Below, piece after piece: positions 9,913 through 19,525 of a stretch of 33,967 nt of DNA. The stretch comes from a bacterium. Lineage in GTDB: Bacteria; SZUA-182; DTGQ01. Location of the stretch: assembly GCA_040752695.1 (NCBI GenBank), contig JBFMGO010000060.1:1-33967 (forward strand), written 5' to 3'. The notes beneath the pieces were generated by a model, which was given only the letters and a program-made list of their open reading frames with translations, ran no database searches and had not been told where the DNA came from. The position numbers and the translations under genes are program-made. Positions within the stretch are counted from its first letter, which is position 1, and each line of letters opens with the position of its first letter.

Positions 9913-9978
9913 GAGAGGCTTTTAGAATACCCTGCCTACCCTTTGCGGTTATCCTGCCTCAAGAGGTGATAGAAAGAA

Positions 9979-10974
9979 ATGGAATGTGCTGTTATTACCA
10001 CCTACCGATGTAATGCTCGTTGCCAGATGTGTGATACCTGGCAATCACCCACTGTGAAGAGTGAAGAGTTTGACCCGGCTATTTTAGAAAAAATCCCCTG
10101 CGGGATGGTCCGTCTCAACATTACCGGCGGTGAGCCAATGTTGAGAGATGATATCCTCGACATTGCAGCCATCCTTGATAAAAAAACCGGACGATTAGAG
10201 ATCAGCACCAATGGCTATTTCACAGATCGTCTCGTCAGAGTATGTGAGCGGTTTCCCAATATTACTATCCGTGTAAGCGTTGAGGGTCTGCCAAAACTGA
10301 ATGATGAATTGCGGGGAATAAAAAACGGCTTTGACCATGCCCTGCGGACCATCCTGAAACTCAAAGCCATGGGTATACGGGATATCGGCTTTGGCATCGT
10401 GATCTCTGACCGCAATGTCTCGGACCTTCTGGAGTTGTATACCCTATGCTCCGGCATGGGGATAGAGTTCGGCAATGCTACCATGCACAACTCCTTCTAT
10501 TTTCATAAGTTCGATAATAAGATCGAAGATGTGGACAAAGCAGCGGCACAAATGCGGCGCTTTATCCATGCACTTCTGACCAGCAAAAGGAGCAGCCTGC
10601 GTATGCGGGTTAAGGACTGGGCCCGCGCTTATCTGAATCTGGGGACTATGAGGTACATGGAAGGTAAAGCCAGGTCCCTGTCGTGCGGGGCAGCAACGGA
10701 TACCTTTTTTGTTGATCCCTGGGGCATGATTATCGCCTGCAACGGATCGGCCGAGCCGTGGGTCATGGGTGATTTGAAGACACAATCATTTGATGAGATC
10801 TGGCACAGCACCCAGGCAGAAAGAGTCCGGCAGAAGGTGAAAGAGTGCAGGCGTAATTGCTGGATGACAGGCACCGCAGTGCCAGCCATGCGAAAGAATA
10901 TCTGGGTGCCGCTTCTGTGGATGCTTAAGAGCAAGGCTCACCTTGCTCTTGGTAAAGAGGTACTGTTCGAATGA
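9979..10974 (+). CDS. Radical SAM enzyme with a C-terminal SPASM/twitch domain
   Basis: CNARCQMC, ITGGEP, STNG; C-terminal CGAA...ACNG...CRRNCW. Confidence 0.9.
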   Translation: MECAVITTYRCNARCQMCDTWQSPTVKSEEFDPAILEKIPCGMVRLNITGGEPMLRDDILDIAAILDKKTGRLEISTNGYFTDRLVRVCERFPNITIRVSVEGLPKLNDELRGIKNGFDHALRTILKLKAMGIRDIGFGIVISDRNVSDLLELYTLCSGMGIEFGNATMHNSFYFHKFDNKIEDVDKAAAQMRRFIHALLTSKRSSLRMRVKDWARAYLNLGTMRYMEGKARSLSCGAATDTFFVDPWGMIIACNGSAEPWVMGDLKTQSFDEIWHSTQAERVRQKVKECRRNCWMTGTAVPAMRKNIWVPLLWMLKSKAHLALGKEVLFE

Positions 10975-11012
10975 TAGAATTGATTCTTGAATGATGAATG
11001 ATGAATGATGAA
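10969..11012 (+). repeat. Short tandem heptamer repeat (GAATGAT)n
   Basis: Three perfect copies at 10989-11009 plus degenerate copies from 10969. Confidence 0.8.
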
Positions 11013-11024
11013 GGTGACATATCA

Positions 11025-12164
11025 ATGATGAAAATCGCTTATATGGGGATCAAAGGCTTACCCTCAAAGGGTGGAGCCGAGCGGGTGGTCGAGCCTATTG
11101 TGCAGGAACTTGCCAACCGGCAGAAAGTGACCGTCTACTGTAATTTCCGCTATACTCCTCCTGATATACAAATACCGGGAGTAAAGCTGGTACGTATCCC
11201 GACCCTGCCGGGGAAATACCTTCAGCCTGTTTCCCTTTTTGTACTCTCCGCTCTGCATGCTTTATCAAAGGGGGACTATGACCTTATTCACCTCCATAAT
11301 GTCGAGGCGTGCTTTATACTGCCCCTTTTGCGGCTCAGATACCGGGTGATAGCCACATCACATGGCAGCCCCATCCGGGCCGCAAGAAGCAAATGGGGGC
11401 ATCTGGCCCGCACCCTGATGGGGTTAACCGAGTATCCCTACCTTTTGCTATCAAATTGCGCCACCAGCGTTTCCCAGTGTGATGCTGAGTATTTTAAACG
11501 CCGGTGCAAGCGAAAGGTCCTCTGCCTGCCTAACGGAGTAAAAGAGTATCCGGTAAGCCAAAAGGCGGCCGCAGCCGCCCTGGTACATATCGGCGTGAGG
11601 GAAGGAAAGTATATTCTTTTTGCCGCCGGCCGTATTGATCCGACCAAAGGGTGTCATCTGGTTTTGGAGGCATTCTACCAGATCATGCCCGAAGACATGA
11701 AGCTCGTTATTATAGGTGACCTTTCACAGGTGCCACAGTATAGCCAAAGACTGCAAGATATGGCCGATGACCGGACACTGTTTATTCCTCATATCTCGGA
11801 AAAAGAGAAACTCTTTGGCATTGTCCAGAATTGCCGCCTGTTTGTTTTTCCTTCACTGGTCGAGGCAATGTCCATGATGCTCCTTGAAGTGGCGGTCATG
11901 GGAGTCCCTCTTATCTGCAGTGATATTCCTGAAAATAAAGACGTCCTTGACAAGCACGGCGTTTATTTTCAGTCAGGAAATGCTCAGGATCTTGCCAAAA
12001 AGATGCAATGGGCTTTAGAACACCCGGGACTCATGGCCCGTTATGCTGCCGATGCTCAAGGGTGGATAAAGAATACCTATTCATGGGACAGAATGGTAAA
12101 AGAATATGAGGTACTCTACAGAAATATAGCACCTCAGAAAAGGAATGCGAAGGGGCGGTGGTAA
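11025..12164 (+). CDS. Glycosyltransferase family 4
   Basis: MKIAYMGIKGLPSKGGAE, GRIDPTKG and FPSLVEAMSMMLLE motifs. The upstream Mets in the ORF track come from the heptamer repeat. Confidence 0.9.
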   Translation: MMKIAYMGIKGLPSKGGAERVVEPIVQELANRQKVTVYCNFRYTPPDIQIPGVKLVRIPTLPGKYLQPVSLFVLSALHALSKGDYDLIHLHNVEACFILPLLRLRYRVIATSHGSPIRAARSKWGHLARTLMGLTEYPYLLLSNCATSVSQCDAEYFKRRCKRKVLCLPNGVKEYPVSQKAAAAALVHIGVREGKYILFAAGRIDPTKGCHLVLEAFYQIMPEDMKLVIIGDLSQVPQYSQRLQDMADDRTLFIPHISEKEKLFGIVQNCRLFVFPSLVEAMSMMLLEVAVMGVPLICSDIPENKDVLDKHGVYFQSGNAQDLAKKMQWALEHPGLMARYAADAQGWIKNTYSWDRMVKEYEVLYRNIAPQKRNAKGRW

Positions 12165-12191
12165 ACCGCACCCCAATCATTAAATTCAAAA

Positions 12192-13784
12192 ATGAGGAAA
12201 AGTATCATGGTTTCCAGACATAAAGTGGGCATGGCCATTCTAGACATTATTCTCATCTTTATGGGTTTTCATAGTGCTTTCTGGTATGTTTTTGCCTCCG
12301 GTTTCTATGGCAGGTCGCAGCGGCTACCTCTTTACTATACACCTTCCATCGTTCTGATTACGATTATCTTCCTTATGGTATTCCAACTGCAAGGCTTGTA
12401 TAAATACCAGTCCATCACAAATCCCATTCATCAGCTCCAGTCACTGTTAAAATGCTATCTCAGGTGTCTGGCAGCCTTCGTTCTGATCATCTTTTTCCTT
12501 AAGACTGAATATATTGCTGACAGCCGGTTGACTATCGGTCTGGGGTTTCTGGTCAGCTTCATCCTGGTGGCCGTGGCCAGGGTCCTGATTGTTCCAAAGG
12601 TGTTCTATTATCTGGCTGAGAGAGGCAAGATAAAAAAAAGGACACTGATCCTGGGTGCAGGCCAGCACGGAAGCAGTGTCTGCGCCTATCTTGAACATAA
12701 TCCTGGAAGCTATTTTGATGTTATCGGATTTTGCGATGACTTCAAAAAACCCGGTACAACGGTTTGTGGCAAGAAAGTCTTCGGAAACAGCCATGATCTG
12801 GAAGACATTGTTTCAGAACATCACATTGAAGAAATCATTCTCGCCATCAGCAATATCGAAAAAGGAGTATTGCTGGACCTGGTGGACAGATGCAAAAAGG
12901 CTGGTCTGGTGATTCACATCGTTTCAGACCTTTTCTCCACGGTAACCGAGAAAATGGAGGCCGAGGAGTTTGGCGGATTAATGACCTACCGGATCGTCCC
13001 CAGGGAGGCAGGTATGGTTCATCTTGCCATGAAGCGGGCAATTGACCTTGTGGGATCATCGGTTCTTCTGACTCTTCTTTCCCCCTTCTTTTTGATTATC
13101 GCCTGGGCCATTAAGCATGATTCAGAAGGCCCGGTTTTCTATACCAGTAAAGTAGTCGGCAGAGAGGGGAAGCCTTTTGTAGCTTATAAATTTCGCAGCA
13201 TGATAAGCAACTGCTCCGGTAGCCAGGCTGAAAGCCAAAAATATGAAGAGGGGAAAAAGCGTCATCTCCAATTTATGGAGGATTTCATTCAAGGTCGTGT
13301 CAATGGGGAGTGCTTTGTCAAGGATGAGTCCCGTATCACAAAGACAGGCCGCTTCCTGCGCAAACATTCGCTGGATGAATTACCACAACTGATGAACGTT
13401 TTCTTAGGCCAGATGAGTCTGGTTGGCCCGCGTTTTTGCTCAACCGAAGAATACCGGTTTTATAAGCCATGGCATAAACGGCGCTTCCAGGTCAAGCCGG
13501 GCATAACCGGACTGTGGCAGGTGAGGGGCAGAAGTGAAGTCAGTTATGATGATATGGTTATCCTGGACCTTTACTACATTCAAAATTACTCCCTTTTGTT
13601 TGATCTTGAAATTTTACTCAGAACCATTTCAGTGGTGCTCTCCGGCAAGGGAAGCAGAATAGCAGAAAAGGAGAACAGAAGAGCAGAAAAAGAGAGTCCG
13701 GAAAGGATATCAAGAAGAGTAAGGAATGAGGAAGAATACCAAAATACGGATAATTGCTTGCTTGGAGGAGTTGACATCAGATGA
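12192..13784 (+). CDS. Priming polyprenyl-phosphate sugar phosphotransferase (WcaJ/WbaP family)
   Basis: N-terminal TMs and a Rossmann-like domain, then KRAIDL, YKFRSM, SLDELPQLMNV, SLVGPR and KPGITGLWQV. Confidence 0.93.
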   Translation: MRKSIMVSRHKVGMAILDIILIFMGFHSAFWYVFASGFYGRSQRLPLYYTPSIVLITIIFLMVFQLQGLYKYQSITNPIHQLQSLLKCYLRCLAAFVLIIFFLKTEYIADSRLTIGLGFLVSFILVAVARVLIVPKVFYYLAERGKIKKRTLILGAGQHGSSVCAYLEHNPGSYFDVIGFCDDFKKPGTTVCGKKVFGNSHDLEDIVSEHHIEEIILAISNIEKGVLLDLVDRCKKAGLVIHIVSDLFSTVTEKMEAEEFGGLMTYRIVPREAGMVHLAMKRAIDLVGSSVLLTLLSPFFLIIAWAIKHDSEGPVFYTSKVVGREGKPFVAYKFRSMISNCSGSQAESQKYEEGKKRHLQFMEDFIQGRVNGECFVKDESRITKTGRFLRKHSLDELPQLMNVFLGQMSLVGPRFCSTEEYRFYKPWHKRRFQVKPGITGLWQVRGRSEVSYDDMVILDLYYIQNYSLLFDLEILLRTISVVLSGKGSRIAEKENRRAEKESPERISRRVRNEEEYQNTDNCLLGGVDIR

Positions 13785-14899
13785 AAGTACCTTTTGTAGA
13801 CCTGAAAATTCAATATCAAACTATTAAACCTGAAATCGATGCAGCCATTCAGGATGTGCTGAATAATGCTGCCTTCATTATGGGGCCGAAGGTAAAAGAA
13901 TTCGAAGATGGGTTTGCCCGGCTGCATGATGCGGCCTACTGCATTGCAACCAGCTCAGGGACAGACTCATTGCACTTGGCGCTCTGGGCCTTGGGAGTAG
14001 GGCATAAAGATAAAATCATCCTGCCGGTAAATACCTTTATCGCAACAGCCGAGGCCGTAACCTTGTGCGGTGCAGAGCCGGTATTCGTGGATTGTGATGA
14101 GCACTACAATATGGATGCTGCACGGCTCGATGAGACCCTGTCTACGATGAGCAGGGAGGATCTGAGCAAGCTGAAAGGAATCATACCGGTGCACCTGTAT
14201 GGCCAGCCCGCGGATATGGACAAAATCACCGCCCTGGCCAAAGAATACGGCCTGATCATAATCGAAGATTGTGCCCAGGCGCATTGTGCTCAGTTCGATG
14301 GAAAACCCGTCGGCACTTTGGGCCTTACCGGCTGCTTTTCCTTTTACCCTGGCAAGAACCTGGGGGCTTATGGTGAGGCAGGTGCAGTAATTACCAACGA
14401 CACCGGGATATACCAGAAGATGATGCTTATCCATGATCATGGGGCCAGAATCAGGTACCATCATGAGGTGCCTGGACATAATTACCGGATGGAGGGTATT
14501 CAGGGAGCTGTCCTTTCGGTCAAGCTGAAAATGATTACCTCCTGGACCAAAAAGCGTCAGGAAAATGCAGCTCTTTACAGCGAATTGTTACAGGATGTAC
14601 CGCAGGTGACTACTCCAAAGGTAAAGCCGGACAGAACGCACTCGTTTCATCTTTATGTGATCAGAACGAAAAGGCGTGATGCCCTGATGAAATACCTGGA
14701 GGATCAGGGGATCAATACAGGACTGCACTATCCCGTTCCTCTGCATCTTCAAAAAGCCTATGCCAGCCTTGGGTACCAAAGGGGTGATTTCCCCGCAGCC
14801 GAACGGATGGCGGGCGAGATCCTGTCCCTGCCCATGTACCCGGAATTAACCGAGGAGCAGATTCGCTTTGTAGTAGATCAGATTAAAAATTTTTTTTAG
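13781..14899 (+). CDS. DegT/DnrJ/EryC1/StrS PLP-dependent sugar aminotransferase
   Basis: VPFVDL, PVHLYGQ, EDCAQAH and FSFYPGKNLGAYGEAG (PLP lysine). Confidence 0.93.
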   Translation: MKVPFVDLKIQYQTIKPEIDAAIQDVLNNAAFIMGPKVKEFEDGFARLHDAAYCIATSSGTDSLHLALWALGVGHKDKIILPVNTFIATAEAVTLCGAEPVFVDCDEHYNMDAARLDETLSTMSREDLSKLKGIIPVHLYGQPADMDKITALAKEYGLIIIEDCAQAHCAQFDGKPVGTLGLTGCFSFYPGKNLGAYGEAGAVITNDTGIYQKMMLIHDHGARIRYHHEVPGHNYRMEGIQGAVLSVKLKMITSWTKKRQENAALYSELLQDVPQVTTPKVKPDRTHSFHLYVIRTKRRDALMKYLEDQGINTGLHYPVPLHLQKAYASLGYQRGDFPAAERMAGEILSLPMYPELTEEQIRFVVDQIKNFF

Positions 14900-14921
14900 G
14901 AAAAAGAGTAAAGGTAACCGT

Positions 14922-15884
14922 ATGTGTAATGTAGCTGTTTTAGGATTGGGGTGGTGGGGATCCAAGTTATTCCGCAATGTGCTCCACCACCCTGCTGTTG
15001 CAGGGGTGACTGGCGTTGATCCCCGGCCCGCTTGCAGGGAAGAGATGGCCAAAACTTTGCAGGTTCCGGTGCTCGCCGCCCCTGAAGAAGTGATCAGTGA
15101 TTCTTCGATTAAGGCGGTAGTCATTGCCACGCCGCCAGCCACCCATTACGATCTGGCCAGGGCCGCTCTGGAAGCAGGCAAGGACGTACTGGTAACCAAG
15201 CCCCCGACCAGAACCATTGATGAACTGGAACGCCTCAACGAGCTGGCCGAGCGTAACCGATGCATCTTTATGATGGATTCAACCTTTGTCTACAGCCAGC
15301 CGCTCGGCAAAATCAGGGAACTGCTCGATAGCGGCCTCTTTTCGGATATTCTGTTTATGCAATCCCTGCGCTATGGCAATGACCTGCGTATGCATCATGT
15401 TAGCCGCCTGAAAGAAACCATGCTGGACAACGGCACAAGCGTGGTACTCGATTTATTGTTCCATGACATGGCCATTCTCAACTACCTTTTGCCGGGAAAA
15501 AGTTTCAAGCCAAAGGCAGGCCACAAGGTCAACATGCTCTCTGATACCCTTTGCGATACGGCCTTTATCCGGCTTGAAACCGACTCTTTTCCCATTCATA
15601 TCGGATTGAGCTGGACACTTCCAGAGCGCAGAAGAGAATTGCTTATCTGCGACAGGCAAAAGCAGTTAATTTTCGATGATCTGGCAACGGGCGGTAAGAT
15701 AAAGCTCTTTTGGATTGAAGAAAAACACGAAGAAGAGATTACCCACGGTAATGATGAACCCCTCTTCCGGGTAATAAGCCACTTTGTGCACTGCATCCAA
15801 ACCCGAACAACTCCCTTCACGGACGGCGCGTATATGCTCGGGGTAATGAAGAGCTTTCAGGCAGTGCTGGAGCTTTTTTCATGA
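14922..15884 (+). CDS. Gfo/Idh/MocA family oxidoreductase
   Basis: VLGLGWWG Rossmann motif, IATPPATH, GKDVLVTKP and DLLFHD. Confidence 0.85.
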   Translation: MCNVAVLGLGWWGSKLFRNVLHHPAVAGVTGVDPRPACREEMAKTLQVPVLAAPEEVISDSSIKAVVIATPPATHYDLARAALEAGKDVLVTKPPTRTIDELERLNELAERNRCIFMMDSTFVYSQPLGKIRELLDSGLFSDILFMQSLRYGNDLRMHHVSRLKETMLDNGTSVVLDLLFHDMAILNYLLPGKSFKPKAGHKVNMLSDTLCDTAFIRLETDSFPIHIGLSWTLPERRRELLICDRQKQLIFDDLATGGKIKLFWIEEKHEEEITHGNDEPLFRVISHFVHCIQTRTTPFTDGAYMLGVMKSFQAVLELFS

Positions 15885-16465
15885 GTATCTCACCGAATCC
15901 ACTTCCTTTTATTCATCATTTGGCCATAGTCGAAAGCAAAAAAATCGGCTGTGGCACACGCATTTGGGCATGGACCCATGTCCAGGAGGATGTTGCAGTC
16001 GGCGACTATTGTAATATCGCAGAACACTGCTTTTTGGAAAACGGCGTCCGTATAGGCAACCGTGTTGTGATCAAGAATGGTATTTCGCTCTGGGAGGGAA
16101 TTACGGTTGCTGATCAGGCCTTCTTAGGGCCGCATGTCGTTTTTACCAACGAACGCTTTCCCCGCTCCGGATTCCCCAAGCCCTATGAGGCTATCAGGAT
16201 CGAGCAGGGAGCCAGCATTGGAGCTGGAGCAGTCATTGTTCCCGGTATGCGGATAGGCAGCTTTGCAACGGTAGGGGCAGGGTCCGTGGTGACCCGTCAT
16301 GTGCCGGACCATGCCCTCGTTTTTGGAAATCCTGCAAGAGTGCAGGGCTGGATGTGCATATGCGGTCTGCGGCTGAAGGCCGGCAGCCCGATGGACCCGA
16401 CAGTGTGCGAATGCGGAAAGAAGTATACAACATCCAGAGGGCAATGCCAGTTAATAACCAGTTGA
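15881..16465 (+). CDS. Hexapeptide-repeat N-acetyltransferase (WbpD/WlbB-like)
   Basis: Left-handed beta-helix repeats, FLGPHVVFTN, GNPAR and a C-terminal CxCG...CxCG element. Confidence 0.85.
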   Translation: MSISPNPLPFIHHLAIVESKKIGCGTRIWAWTHVQEDVAVGDYCNIAEHCFLENGVRIGNRVVIKNGISLWEGITVADQAFLGPHVVFTNERFPRSGFPKPYEAIRIEQGASIGAGAVIVPGMRIGSFATVGAGSVVTRHVPDHALVFGNPARVQGWMCICGLRLKAGSPMDPTVCECGKKYTTSRGQCQLITS

Positions 16466-16491
16466 TTTCATTAATAGGAGAACAACAGATA

Positions 16492-17571
16492 ATGATTATC
16501 ACCAGAACACCGTTCAGGATAACCCTTGGTGGGGGCGGGACGGATTTACCGTCTTATTACATGCAACACGGCGGATTCGTCTTTAGTGCGGCTATCAATA
16601 AGTATATGTTCATTAACTTAAACCGTCCGGTAGTAGATGACCTGGTCAGGGTAAAATATGCAAAATCGGAAACGGTAAACCATATAGATGAACTGCAGCA
16701 CGAGATTGCCAAAGGCGCATTGAACATACTGGGGATCGAAAAGGCCATTGAGATTATTTCATCAGCGGATGTCCCCGACGGGACGGGTCTGGGCTCATCG
16801 AGCTGCTACACGGTCGGCCTTTTGCATGCTATTCACGCTTTGAAGCGAGACTATATCAGCCTTTCCGATCTGGCCGAAGAGGCCTGCTATCTGGAGATGG
16901 AGCTTTTGCAGAAGCCGATCGGAAAGCAGGACCAGTATATTGCCACTTTCGGAGGATTGACCGCCTTTGAGATAGCCAAAGACGGAAGGGTCAAGGTGAT
17001 GAAGGCTAAAGTTACTCCAAATACCGTGGATGATCTGAAAAGAAACGTGATGATGTTCTACACCGGAGTATCGAGGAAGAGCATGGATATCCTGGGGGAA
17101 CAAAATAAAGGGGCGCAGGATAATAAAAAAACTGTCATGGACAGCCTCCACTACATTAAAGAAAGCGGATATCAGATTAAGGAGCTGATCGAGGACGGTA
17201 ATTTAACCGATTTCGGATTGATGCTGGATAAGCACTGGGAATATAAGAAAAAAATGTCTTCCAAGATATCCAACCCGACATTCGATCTCATCTACCGGGT
17301 GGCAAAGGAGCATGGAGCACTCGGTGGAAAAATCACCGGTGCCGGAGGAGGGGGCTTTTTCCTGTTCTATATAGAAAAAGATCATGAGCGGTTGAGAAAT
17401 GCAATGCAGGCCATGGGGCTCAGGGAGATGCGGTTTAATTTCGAATTCGAGGGATCAAAGGTTATCGTTAATCTGGTGAACAGCGAAAGTGAAAACCATG
17501 ATTATCATGTGTGGAGCATACCGCAGACCCAAAAGAGAATGTCCGTGATCCATGCAATGCATTCGGCCTGA
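16492..17571 (+). CDS. GHMP sugar kinase (HddA-like heptose/octose phosphate 1-kinase)
   Basis: MIITRTPFRITLGGGGTD, GTGLGSS, GKQDQY and GAGGGG. Start ATG 16492 follows AGGAG. Confidence 0.9.
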   Translation: MIITRTPFRITLGGGGTDLPSYYMQHGGFVFSAAINKYMFINLNRPVVDDLVRVKYAKSETVNHIDELQHEIAKGALNILGIEKAIEIISSADVPDGTGLGSSSCYTVGLLHAIHALKRDYISLSDLAEEACYLEMELLQKPIGKQDQYIATFGGLTAFEIAKDGRVKVMKAKVTPNTVDDLKRNVMMFYTGVSRKSMDILGEQNKGAQDNKKTVMDSLHYIKESGYQIKELIEDGNLTDFGLMLDKHWEYKKKMSSKISNPTFDLIYRVAKEHGALGGKITGAGGGGFFLFYIEKDHERLRNAMQAMGLREMRFNFEFEGSKVIVNLVNSESENHDYHVWSIPQTQKRMSVIHAMHSA

Positions 17572-17593
17572 TCATGGTATTTAGGATAACGGC

Positions 17594-18436
17594 ATGAAAC
17601 TGGAAGGAAAGAAACTGGAAGGAAAGAAAGCTGTTGTCACCGGCGGCAGCCGGGGAATCGGCAAAGCCATAGCTAGGGCATTTCTGGAAGAGGGTGCCTC
17701 GGTAGCAATTACCGGCCGCAATCAGGATGAACTGGAAAAGACTGCTGAAGAATTGTCGTCATTTGGTCCTGTCCGAAGCTTTAAGGCAGATATATCCCGC
17801 GAGCAAGACGCACGGCACATGATCAGCGAAGTTTTAGCTGCCTTTGGCGGAGTAGATATACTGGTGAATAATGCGGGTATCCAGGGGCCAATCGGCAGAT
17901 TCTGGGAGGTTGACTTCGAGGATTGGGTTGAAAATATCAAGGTCAACTGTATCGGCACTGCACGGTGCGTAAGACAGGTTCTGCCGATCATGATATCCCG
18001 GAAAAAAGGGAAAATCATTAACCTGTCAGGCGGTGGCGCCACCTCTCCCCGGCCATACTTCTCAGCCTATGGTACCGGCAAGGCAGCCATTGTCCGCTTC
18101 ACGGAAACCCTGGCCGAGGAGGTCAGGGATTATTCTATCGACGTTAACGCCATTGCTCCTGGAGCCGTAAATACCAGGATGCTCGAAGAAGTACTGGAAG
18201 CAGGGGGAGCAAAAGCGGGAGAGAAGGAATTACAGGAGGCCAGGCAAAGGAGCGAGACGGGGGGGGTTTCTCCCTTTGCGGCAGCAGCTCTGGCGGTTTT
18301 CCTGGCTTCGCCTGAATCCGACGGCCTCACCGGCCGTCTTGTCAGCGCGGTCTGGGATGACTGGCGGCAGTTTGGACCGGACCGGATCAGAGAAATAATG
18401 TCGGGAAATCTCTACACATTAAGAAGAGTGAGTTAA
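17594..18436 (+). CDS. Short-chain dehydrogenase/reductase
   Basis: TGGSRGIG, NNAG and YGTGK (YxxxK). Confidence 0.9.
   Translation: MKLEGKKLEGKKAVVTGGSRGIGKAIARAFLEEGASVAITGRNQDELEKTAEELSSFGPVRSFKADISREQDARHMISEVLAAFGGVDILVNNAGIQGPIGRFWEVDFEDWVENIKVNCIGTARCVRQVLPIMISRKKGKIINLSGGGATSPRPYFSAYGTGKAAIVRFTETLAEEVRDYSIDVNAIAPGAVNTRMLEEVLEAGGAKAGEKELQEARQRSETGGVSPFAAAALAVFLASPESDGLTGRLVSAVWDDWRQFGPDRIREIMSGNLYTLRRVS
17596..17629 (+). repeat. Perfect 15-bp tandem duplication at the SDR start
   Basis: gaaactggaaggaaa twice, encoding KLEGK-KLEGK. Confidence 0.85.
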
Positions 18437-18477
18437 CATCGGCAGTGCAAATACCGAAAAGGAAGGATCGGAATAGG

Positions 18478-19479
18478 ATGCGAGTTGCAATCATAGGAGC
18501 TGGCCTGATAGGAAATAAGAGAGCTGCGGCTATCACCAAGTCGAAAAAGGGCAGCGTGGTGGCCGTGGCCGATGTAAACCTTGAAAGATCGCAAGGGCTG
18601 GCCACAAGGTTTGGCGGGGATGCTTATCAAAGCTGGGAAGAGATAACAGGGCGACAGGACATCGATGTGGTGGTCATTGCCACCGTAAACAAGTTTCTGG
18701 CTCCCATCGCTGTGTCCTTCCTGGAAAGGGGGAAACATGTCTTATGCGAAAAACCCCTGGGAAGGAATACCATCGAGGCCGGGTTAATCGTAGAGGCAGC
18801 AAGAAAAAATGCAGTAAAGTTGAAGACCGGCTTCAACCACCGCCACCATCCGGCAATAGCCAGAGGCAGACAGATTGTGGCTGAGGGGAGGATTGGGGAG
18901 GTGTGCTTCCTGCGGTGCAGATACGGACACGGAGGAAGACCGGGGTATGACCGTGAGTGGCGTGCGGATAAGGATCTGTGCGGCGGGGGTGAACTTTTGG
19001 ATCAGGGGGTACATGTCGTGGACCTTTTCCGGTGGTTTACGGGAGATTTCCATGAGGTCTTTGGCTCTCTGCCTACCTACGTCTGGAACATGCAGGTAGA
19101 GGATAATGCCTTTGCCCTGTTTAAGACACACAAAGGACAGATAGCTTCCCTGCATACCAGTTGGACTCAATGGAAAAACATATTTTCCTTTGAGGTATTT
19201 GGACGCGATGGCTACGTAATCATAGAAGGTCTGGGCGGCAGCTATGGCCGTGAGACGCTTAAAGCGGGCCGAAGAAAACCGGAGGGTGGAGCACCTGAAG
19301 AGCAGGTTATCGAATTTCCCCCTGAAGATATCTCCTGGGAAGAGGAGTGGAAAGAGTTCCTGCGGGCCATCGAAGAAAACCGTGAGCCAGAGGGGAGCGG
19401 CTGGGATGGATATCAGGCCAACCGGATGCTGGATGCGGTGTATGAGTCAGCCCGGCTTGCAAGGCCGGTGAATCTATAA
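18478..19479 (+). CDS. Gfo/Idh/MocA family oxidoreductase
   Basis: IIGAGLIG, GKHVLCEKP, GFNHRH and GGGELLDQGVH. ATG 18478 is preferred to GTG 18445. Confidence 0.9.
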   Translation: MRVAIIGAGLIGNKRAAAITKSKKGSVVAVADVNLERSQGLATRFGGDAYQSWEEITGRQDIDVVVIATVNKFLAPIAVSFLERGKHVLCEKPLGRNTIEAGLIVEAARKNAVKLKTGFNHRHHPAIARGRQIVAEGRIGEVCFLRCRYGHGGRPGYDREWRADKDLCGGGELLDQGVHVVDLFRWFTGDFHEVFGSLPTYVWNMQVEDNAFALFKTHKGQIASLHTSWTQWKNIFSFEVFGRDGYVIIEGLGGSYGRETLKAGRRKPEGGAPEEQVIEFPPEDISWEEEWKEFLRAIEENREPEGSGWDGYQANRMLDAVYESARLARPVNL

Positions 19480-19525
19480 GATTCTCTTTTTTTGAAAGCC
19501 AGGCCCTTCAAAGGTTTAAGAAGTA

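Noticed and set aside
16354..16491. N-terminal extension of the GHMP kinase in the ORF track
   Set aside because: It overlaps the acetyltransferase gene; the family-typical start MIITRTP at 16492 has an SD.
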